The translations under genes and the position numbers were made by a program. From Myxococcales bacterium (GTDB lineage Bacteria; Myxococcota_A; UBA9042; JABWCM01; BTVJ01), in contig BTVJ01000079.1 of the NCBI GenBank assembly GCA_045863395.1, forward strand, positions 1-34,357: a stretch of DNA of 34,357 bases. The letters run 5' to 3'. Of this stretch, positions 27,967 through 34,357 are shown in pieces. The notes under the pieces are model-generated. The model saw only the letters and a list, made by a program, of their open reading frames with translations, made no database searches and was not told where the DNA came from. Positions within the stretch are counted from its first letter, which is position 1, and the number at the start of each line of letters is the position of its first letter.

Positions 27967-28389
27967 CTACTTCAGCGGGTTCTCCACCCGGAGCCCCTCG
28001 ATGCGCTGCCCGTCGCCGAGATCCTCCGACAAGAGCACGGTCGCCTGCGACCTCACGGCGGCGGTGACAATCAGAGCGTCCCAGAAGGACAGGCGATGTG
28101 CCGCCTCCACCCGAGTCGCCTCCAGCACGTCCGAGGCGGTGATGGGCCAGACCGGCCAAGCGGTGTAGGCCTTGAGCACCGTCCTGGCACGAGCGCGGTC
28201 GAGCGGGGTGCGCAGCTTCCGCGTGGCGTTGACGTAGAACTCCTGGAGAACCTGGGTGCTGAGCGCACCGGTGCGCTGGCCCCAGAGGTGCCTCAAGACC
28301 TCCCGCGCGAGGCTGTGTTTGTCGCCCGCGTCGACGTCGTAGGCGTAGAGGAGGATGTTCGTGTCAATGAATGTAAGCTCAGTGGTCAT
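27967..28389 (-). CDS. vapC: PIN-domain (VapC-type) toxin
   Basis: FIDTNILLYAYD, STQVLQEFYVN, LSFWDALIV, LLSEDL, VENP. Confidence 0.93.
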   Translation of the reverse strand: MTTELTFIDTNILLYAYDVDAGDKHSLAREVLRHLWGQRTGALSTQVLQEFYVNATRKLRTPLDRARARTVLKAYTAWPVWPITASDVLEATRVEAAHRLSFWDALIVTAAVRSQATVLLSEDLGDGQRIEGLRVENPLK

Positions 28390-28618
28390 GTGCCGCGTCG
28401 CGAGACAGGTACGGGGGACCACCCAGCGGCAGACCCCGGTCCAGATCGGACAGCGCCTGCTCCATGGCGGCCCCGTAAGCGTCCTCGGCCTGAGCCAGCT
28501 TCTCGATGGAGCTGGACACCAGGGCGCTGATGGACGTCCCGCGGCGTGCCGCGAGCACTCGCGCCTTCTGGAGCACTGCCTTGTCGAGTCGGACCGTGAT
28601 GTTCTGCGTCTCTGACAT
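28379..28618 (-). CDS. ribbon-helix-helix antitoxin (DUF6364/CopG-like)
   Basis: QNITVRLDKAVLQKARVLAARRGTSISALV, ends SRDAAHDH, overlaps the PIN gene start. Confidence 0.88.
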   Translation of the reverse strand: MSETQNITVRLDKAVLQKARVLAARRGTSISALVSSSIEKLAQAEDAYGAAMEQALSDLDRGLPLGGPPYLSRDAAHDH

Positions 28619-28627
28619 GAGCGACCC

Positions 28628-28665
28628 CGTGCTGCACGTGTAGCACGCAGGGCAGGGGGACGCAA
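28628..28665 (-). promoter_or_regulatory. probable TA promoter with palindromic operator
   Basis: Minus strand reads TTGCGT-17-TACACG. Near-perfect 20-bp palindrome CGTGCTGCACGTGTAGCACG (28628-28647) covers the -10. Confidence 0.65.
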
Positions 28666-28779
28666 GCCCCAGCGTGACCACTCATTGATGCTGCGTGTCA
28701 CGAGTCACGCCGGGGCGAGGGCACGGACTTGGTCCGCTGGCCGTGTCGCTGGGTTCGCCGCGTGCGACAAGGCTGGGGC

Positions 28780-31218
28780 TCACAGCAGGTTCACGGGGTC
28801 GACGTCCACCGCCACCGTGCCCGCGAGGTTGCGCTCGTCGATGAAGGCGTCGAGCCAGCCAAGGAGCCCGTGCAGGCGTTGGCGGTGGCGGCTCTTGATG
28901 AGGATCTGGAGCCGCACCTTGTTCTTGATCTTCTGGATGGGGGCCCAGGCGGGGCCCAGGATCCACACGGACGGAACCACCTCGCCGGGCTCGACCGCCA
29001 GGGACTGGAGGCGCGAGAAGAGCTCACGGCCCAGGGCCTCCGCGCGCCTCTCGTCGCTGTCGGTGATGCGCACCATGCACACGTGGCAGAAGGGGGGGTA
29101 GTCGCGGACGCGGCGGACGGGGAGCTCGGAGGCCACGAACGCGCCCCAGTCGTGGGTCAGCGCGGCGACCAGCGCGTGGTGGGCGGGGTCGAAGGTCTGG
29201 ATCAGGACGCGGCCGGGCAGGTCGCCGCGCCCCGCGCGCCCCGCCACCTGGGTCAGGAGCTGGAAGGTGCGCTCGCTGGCGCGGAAGTCGGGGAACTTCA
29301 GGCCCTGGTCCGCCAGCAGGACCCCGACCAGCGTCACGCCGGGGAAGTCGTGGCCCTTCGCGACCATCTGGGTGCCGACCAGGACCTGGATCTCGCGGCG
29401 GCGGAAGGCGGCGAGCAGCGTGTTCAGCGCTGCGCCCCGGGTCGTGTCGCGGTCCATGCGCGCGACCGAGACGCCGGGCAGGAGCGCCTCCACGTCCTCC
29501 TGCACCCGCTCCGTGCCGAAGCCGACGGGCTCCAGGCCCTCGGTGGCGCACGCGGGGCAGTGGGTCGGGCGCGCGATGGCGTGGCCGCAGTAGTGGCAGC
29601 GCAGGGTCCGCAGGCGCTGAGAGAAGGAGAGCGAGATGGAGCAGCTCGGGCACTCGGGGATGAAACCGCACTCCCCGCAGACCACGAAGGAGGAGAAGCC
29701 GCGCCGGTTGAGGAACAGGATCGCCTGCTCACCGCGCGCAGCGGTCTCCGCCAGCGCCGCGGCCAGCGGCGCGGCCAGCAGGCCGTGGGGTCCGCAGCGC
29801 CTCGCCTTGCGGAGATCGACGAGCTGCACCGCCGGCAGCGGGCTCGCGTTGGCCCGGTTGCGCATGACCAGGCGCTCCAGGCGGCCGGTCAGGGCGTTGT
29901 GGTGCGACTCCAGGGACGGGGTCGCGGAGCCGAGCACCACCGGGCAGCCCGACAGGGTCCCCCGCACGAGCGCCAGGTCGCGGGCGTGGTAGCGCGGGCG
30001 CTCCTCCTGCTTGAAGCTGGTCTCGTGCTCCTCATCGACGACGACGACGCCCAAGGAGCGCACCGGCGCGAAGATGGCGGAGCGGGCCCCGACCACCACG
30101 TCCAGGTCCCCCCGCGCGATGCGCACCCACTGATCGAGGCGCTCCCCGTCGCTCAGCGCGCTGTGGAGCACGGCGATGCGCCCGCCGAAGCGCGCGCGGA
30201 ACCGGGCGACGAGCTGCGGCGTGAGCGCGATCTCTGGCACCAGCACGATGGCGCCGCGCCCCCGGTCCAGCGCGGCGGCGATGAGCCGCAGGTAGACCTC
30301 GGTCTTGCCGCTGCCCGTCACTCCATGCAGCAGGAAGCCCCGGTAGCCCGTGTCCAGGGCCTCCGTGACGCGCGCGACGACTGGCGCCTGGTCCGGCGTC
30401 AGGGGGGGCGGGGTCGCCGCCGCCTCTCCGCCCGCGTCGTCCTCGGCGGGAGCCCGGAAGACGCGGACCTCTTCTACGTGGACGGCCCCGGCCGCCTCCA
30501 GGCGCTCCAGGTTGGGGCGCGCCGCCTTGAAGCGCCGGTTGAGCTCCCGCACCGGCACGGGCTCGTCCGGCGGGGCCGCGCGGATGGCGGCCAGGATCTC
30601 CAGGTCTTTGGGGGTCAGGCGCCCCGCCGGCTCGCCCAGCGGCCGGGCGACCCTCTCCAGGCGGGGCTTCACCGCCGGCTCCGCCAGCTCCCAGGTGAGA
30701 GTCAGGAGCCCACGGTGGTGCAGGTCCAGGGCGCGCGCCGCCGGCGCGTCTGCGCGGGCGAGCAGCGCCGGGAGCGGCAGCGGGCCCCCTTCCAAGCTGG
30801 CCAGCAGGCGCCGGTCCCGGCCGTCGAGCTGGTCGAGCACGGCGCCGAGGCGCTCGCGCCCCACGTCGGTCAGGGTGGCGGTGCGCACGTCCTCGGCGCG
30901 CTGGCCCGCAGGCAGCGCCGCCCGGATCACCTCGCCCAGGGACTCGTGGTAGTACCCGGCGATCCACCGGAAGAACCGCAGCATGGGCTCATCGAACTGG
31001 GGCTCGTCGAGCACGTCGGCCAGCGGTCTCGGCTCAATCCCTGCTGGCCTCGGCACGTCCAGCGCCACCAGCCACCCTTGGAGCCGTCGCGGCCCGAAGG
31101 GCGCCAGGACCCGGGCGCCGACCTGCGCAGCCTCCCGCAACGTGGGAGGCACCTCGTAGGTGAACGCTTGCCGCAAGGGCAGCGGCAGCGCGACTTCGGC
31201 GAAGGTCGGGGGGCTCAT
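28780..31218 (-). CDS. priA: primosomal protein N' (replication restart helicase)
   Basis: AEVALPLP..FTY, GVTGSGKTEVY, VPEIALTPQ, DEEH, LGSATPSLES, four CxxC pairs, QVAGRAGR, VDVDP. Confidence 0.97.
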   Translation of the reverse strand: MSPPTFAEVALPLPLRQAFTYEVPPTLREAAQVGARVLAPFGPRRLQGWLVALDVPRPAGIEPRPLADVLDEPQFDEPMLRFFRWIAGYYHESLGEVIRAALPAGQRAEDVRTATLTDVGRERLGAVLDQLDGRDRRLLASLEGGPLPLPALLARADAPAARALDLHHRGLLTLTWELAEPAVKPRLERVARPLGEPAGRLTPKDLEILAAIRAAPPDEPVPVRELNRRFKAARPNLERLEAAGAVHVEEVRVFRAPAEDDAGGEAAATPPPLTPDQAPVVARVTEALDTGYRGFLLHGVTGSGKTEVYLRLIAAALDRGRGAIVLVPEIALTPQLVARFRARFGGRIAVLHSALSDGERLDQWVRIARGDLDVVVGARSAIFAPVRSLGVVVVDEEHETSFKQEERPRYHARDLALVRGTLSGCPVVLGSATPSLESHHNALTGRLERLVMRNRANASPLPAVQLVDLRKARRCGPHGLLAAPLAAALAETAARGEQAILFLNRRGFSSFVVCGECGFIPECPSCSISLSFSQRLRTLRCHYCGHAIARPTHCPACATEGLEPVGFGTERVQEDVEALLPGVSVARMDRDTTRGAALNTLLAAFRRREIQVLVGTQMVAKGHDFPGVTLVGVLLADQGLKFPDFRASERTFQLLTQVAGRAGRGDLPGRVLIQTFDPAHHALVAALTHDWGAFVASELPVRRVRDYPPFCHVCMVRITDSDERRAEALGRELFSRLQSLAVEPGEVVPSVWILGPAWAPIQKIKNKVRLQILIKSRHRQRLHGLLGWLDAFIDERNLAGTVAVDVDPVNLL

Positions 31219-31331
31219 CGGGACCCATTGTGCCCGCCGGGCCGTCCGTGTCCAGCGTGGGCGTTGGCGGCGCGCAGGGGGGGAGCTCATGCCGTTGCGG
31301 TTACCGTGCCCGGGTCCAGGAATACGGGCTT

Positions 31332-31350
31332 GTTGAAAATGGCTATCATT
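31332..31350 (+). promoter_or_regulatory. Fur box upstream of feoAB
   Basis: TGAAAAT-G-GCTATCA (31334-31348) matches 11 of 14 positions of TGATAAT-N-ATTATCA. AT-rich and upstream of iron uptake genes. Confidence 0.75.
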
Positions 31351-31391
31351 TGTGCTTCAATTCGGACATGAAGGTGTGATAAGAGGGCCCC

Positions 31392-31754
31392 ATGAACCGG
31401 ACGCACCAGTCGCTCGATCAACTGACCCTTGGGGGGGTCGCCACTGTGCTCCGGGTGGAGGGGGACGACCCCATCGCCCGGCGCCTCCAGGACCTGGGGT
31501 TCTGGCCCGGGACCGTCGTCCACGCGGTCCGCAGGGCGCCCCTCGGAGACCCGGTGCAGTACAACCTGCGGGGCTTCCGGCTCGCGCTCCGCCGGGACGA
31601 GGCCAGCCGCATCCACGTCGAGGCCTCCGGGCTGGCGGCGGTGTCCGGCGCGAATCACGTCTCATCGCGGCGCCCGTCGCTGAGTGACTCCATCAGGGCC
31701 TTCCTCGGCCTGTCCCGTCCGGCGCCCGTCCCCGCGAGCCGAGAGACGCGGTGA
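31392..31754 (+). CDS. feoA: ferrous iron transport protein A
   Basis: RRLQDLGFWPGT..RAPLGDPVQYNLRGFRLALRRDEA. Has a C-terminal extension of about 40 aa. Confidence 0.95.
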   Translation: MNRTHQSLDQLTLGGVATVLRVEGDDPIARRLQDLGFWPGTVVHAVRRAPLGDPVQYNLRGFRLALRRDEASRIHVEASGLAAVSGANHVSSRRPSLSDSIRAFLGLSRPAPVPASRETR

Positions 31755-33730
31755 AGCCCCTTCGCAGTCCTGCCTCCGACGCCGGCGTCCGGCGGACGGT
31801 CACCGTCGTGCTCGCCGGGCGCCAGAACGCGGGCAAGACCAGCGTCCTGATGCACCTGACCGGCTCGGCCCAGCGCCCGGTCAACTTCCCCGGGTCGTCG
31901 GTCGAGCGCGCCGAGAGCTCGGTGATTGTGGGTGATACGCGCCTGCGTGGCGTGGACCTGCCCGGGATTGGCTCGCTGAGCGCCATCAGCCGCGACGAGG
32001 CGCTCGCCATCGGGTTCCTGCACGGGGAGACGGGGGACAAGGCCGACGTGCTCTGCGCCGTCATGGACGCGGCCAAGCTGACCGTCGAGCTCCACCTCCT
32101 GGCCAAGCTGATGCGCCTCGGCGTCCCTGTGGTCGTCGCGCTGACCAAGAACGACGTCGCCCGCGCCGAGGGGCGCGCGGTCGATGCCACCGCCCTCCAG
32201 GCGGCGGTCGGTGTCCCGGTCTGGGAGGTCAACGCGCTGAGCGGCGAGGGGATGGAGGCGCTGCGGGACGGGATCCTCGCCGCGGCCGCCACCGCCCCGC
32301 CGGCGCCTCTCACGGCCGACCCGGACGTCATCGCCCGCGCCGTCCAGGCGGAGCCGGGGGCCGGCGCGCGCTCGGTCACGGACCGCATCGACCAGGTGCT
32401 GCTCCACCCCTGGCTCGGGCTGCCCATCGTGGCGCTCGTCATGTTCGGGGTGTTCCAGCTCATCTTCGCGGGCGCCGACCCCTTCATCGGGCTCATCGAG
32501 CAGGGGCAGGGCGCGCTGGCAGAGCGGGTGGCGGGCCTCATCCCTGCGGGCGCCCTCCAGTCCCTGGTCATCGACGGCGTGATCAACGGCCTCGGGTCCA
32601 TCGTGGTGTTCCTGCCGCAGATCATCCTGCTCATGACCCTGGTCGCCCTCCTCGAGGCGTCGGGCTACATGGCGCGGGCGGCGTTTCTGCTGGATCGGGT
32701 CCTGCGGCGCTTCGGGCTGTCCGGTCGCAGCTTCGTGCCCATGGTCAGCGCCTTCGCCTGCGCGGTGCCGGCCGTGCTCTCGACGCGCATCATCGACAAC
32801 GAGCGGGACCGCCTGGCCACCATGGTCGTGCTGCCGCTGATGTCCTGCTCGGCGCGGCTGCCGATCTACGTGGTGCTCATCGGGGCCTTCTTCCCGGTGC
32901 GCTGGGCGGGGCTCGTGCTCTTCGGCATGTACTCGCTCGGCATCGTCATCGCGGTGCTCGTCGCGTGGGCGCTGCGGCGGAGCGCGCTGCGCGGGGCCCA
33001 CTCGGCGCTGATGATGGAGCTGCCTGCCTACCAGCGGCCGAGCGGCCGCGTCGTGTTCGCGCAGGTGCGCTCGGCGGTCCGGGAGTTCATGGTGCTCGCC
33101 GGCACGGTGATCTTCGCGACGGCGGTCCTGATCTGGGCGCTGTCGTATTATCCTCGTCCGGCCGGGATCCACGCGGCCTTCGAGGAGCGGCGCGAGGCCG
33201 TCGTCGCGGCAGCCCAACAGAACGCCGACGAGCAGCTCGCGGCCATCGACAACGCGGAGCGGGCCGCCTACCTGGAGCAGAGCTGGCTCGCGGGCATGGG
33301 CAAGGCGGTCCAGCCCGTCTTCGAGCCGGCGGGCTTCGACTGGCGCATCACGGTGGGCATCCTGTCGGCCTTCCCCGCGCGGGAGCTGGTGCTGCCGACC
33401 CTCGGCGTCCTCTACAGCGTCGGCGACGTGGACCCGGGCGCATACGACGTCGCCTCGCTGGAGGGCGGCGGTGAGCCCGACGGCCTCCGCGACATGCTGC
33501 GCGCGTCGGTGCGCCCGGACGGGAGCCGGTCGTTCACGCCGCTCGTCGCCCTCGGCGTCATGGTCTTCTTCGCCCTGTGCAGCCAGTGCATGGGCACGCT
33601 GGCCGCCATCCGGCGTGAGTCTCGCTCCTGGCGGTGGCCGCTGTTCACCTTTGCGTACATGACCGTCCTCGCTTGGGTGGCCGCCGTCGCGGTCTTCCAG
33701 GTGGGCTCGGCGTTGGGGTTCGGCACATGA
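31751..33730 (+). CDS. feoB: ferrous iron transport protein B
   Basis: GRQNAGKT, NFPGSSVE, DLPG, LEASGYMARAAF, MSCSARLP, MELPAY, GFDWR, CSQC. Confidence 0.96.
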   Translation: MKPLRSPASDAGVRRTVTVVLAGRQNAGKTSVLMHLTGSAQRPVNFPGSSVERAESSVIVGDTRLRGVDLPGIGSLSAISRDEALAIGFLHGETGDKADVLCAVMDAAKLTVELHLLAKLMRLGVPVVVALTKNDVARAEGRAVDATALQAAVGVPVWEVNALSGEGMEALRDGILAAAATAPPAPLTADPDVIARAVQAEPGAGARSVTDRIDQVLLHPWLGLPIVALVMFGVFQLIFAGADPFIGLIEQGQGALAERVAGLIPAGALQSLVIDGVINGLGSIVVFLPQIILLMTLVALLEASGYMARAAFLLDRVLRRFGLSGRSFVPMVSAFACAVPAVLSTRIIDNERDRLATMVVLPLMSCSARLPIYVVLIGAFFPVRWAGLVLFGMYSLGIVIAVLVAWALRRSALRGAHSALMMELPAYQRPSGRVVFAQVRSAVREFMVLAGTVIFATAVLIWALSYYPRPAGIHAAFEERREAVVAAAQQNADEQLAAIDNAERAAYLEQSWLAGMGKAVQPVFEPAGFDWRITVGILSAFPARELVLPTLGVLYSVGDVDPGAYDVASLEGGGEPDGLRDMLRASVRPDGSRSFTPLVALGVMVFFALCSQCMGTLAAIRRESRSWRWPLFTFAYMTVLAWVAAVAVFQVGSALGFGT

Positions 33731-33882
33731 GCGGCTGGCACCTCACCTGGCAGGACCCGGTCGCCCTCCTCGTCGCGCTCGCCTGCCTCGCCCTGGCGTG
33801 GTGGGTTCGGCGGCGGTTCAGGCGTACCGGATGCGCGGCGTGTCCCGCGCGCACGGGGGCGCGCTCCTTTGCGAGGCGATGA
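33727..33882 (+). CDS. FeoB-associated Cys-rich small membrane protein (51 aa)
   Basis: ATG overlaps the feoB stop. One TM segment, then RRRFRRTGCAACP. Confidence 0.75.
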   Translation: MSGWHLTWQDPVALLVALACLALAWWVRRRFRRTGCAACPARTGARSFARR

Positions 33883-34077
33883 CGGCGCGGATCGCGGGAC
33901 AGGTTGGGCGCGCCGGGCGCACTTCGGTCAGGCGAAGTTGCGCCGGGGTACGGCGAGGCGCTAAGTTCTCCCTCGAGTTGGCGCTCACTCCCCCCACAGC
34001 GATACGCTTCGTCTACCGAGATCCGGGAGGGCACAGGGGGAGATCGCGCGTGCTCAGAGTCTGCAAAGGAGTCCCAG

Positions 34078-34357
34078 ATGACCACGCTCTCTCGCTCGCT
34101 GCTGGCACGCTGCATCCGCCTCGTCACGACGCTTGGTCTCTGCGTTGGAGTCGCAGCCATGAACGCAGGGTGCGCCGGAGACTCCGGTGACGCTGGCGCC
34201 GGCCTGGACTCTCAGGCCGGCGCCGACACTTCCGTGGCGGACACGGGAGGTGGCGTCGACACGCTCGCCGGCCTGGACACCGCGATTGACACGGGCGGCA
34301 CGGACACGGGCGGCACGGACACGGGCGGCACGGACACGGGCGGCACGGACACGGGCG
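34078..34357 (+). CDS. lipoprotein with DTGGT repeats, 3'-partial
   Basis: Not in the ORF track (no stop in window). AAGGAG RBS. MTTLSRSLLARCIRLVTTLGLCVGVAAMNAG-CAGDSGD...(DTGGT)n. Confidence 0.75.
   Translation, partial: MTTLSRSLLARCIRLVTTLGLCVGVAAMNAGCAGDSGDAGAGLDSQAGADTSVADTGGGVDTLAGLDTAIDTGGTDTGGTDTGGTDTGGTDTG
34288..34357 (+). repeat. 15-bp coding tandem repeat GACACGGGCGGCACG, at least 4.6 copies
   Basis: Perfect units from 34288 to the window end. Confidence 0.95.

Noticed and set aside
2046..33217. Long antisense or alternate-frame ORFs (e.g. 2046-4358, 4328-6511, 13323-15461, 20148-22307, 28729-31371, 31655-33217)
   Set aside because: Shadow ORFs expected in high-GC DNA. They overlap clear genes and have no motifs.
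1..34357. tRNA or rRNA genes
   Set aside because: No cloverleaf or rRNA-like segment seen in the intergenic gaps.

Overview
Very GC-rich bacterial DNA, most likely Myxococcota (MYXO-CTERM protein, Cys-rich lipoproteins, Ser/Thr kinase, multi-domain DsbA). Both ends run into coding tandem repeats, so this is probably a whole contig. Left to right: an alpha-glucan operon (partial DUF4912-like gene, GH57 branching enzyme, GlgP, coupled GT-C glycosyltransferase), then an accessory patch at about 6.7-10.6 kb. The patch holds a Phd antitoxin with an internally deleted VapC, an intact VapBC30-like pair, a truncated SNF2 helicase, an array of 18-bp hairpin repeats and an unknown all-alpha protein. 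Next come a Rieske oxygenase-SCP2 fusion, a dCache hybrid histidine kinase, a TPR/membrane protein pair, a Ser/Thr kinase, a Cys-rich lipoprotein, a triple-DsbA protein, an ECF sigma/anti-sigma pair, a GPI-PLD-like MYXO-CTERM enzyme, a WD40 protein, a third PIN toxin-antitoxin pair, priA, a Fur-boxed feoAB operon and a partial lipoprotein. The best candidate for an undescribed system is the GAACGGT-CCCC-ACCGTTC array (42-bp period in its core) between the helicase fragment and the unknown protein. All family calls come from motif recognition and memory; no searches were run.
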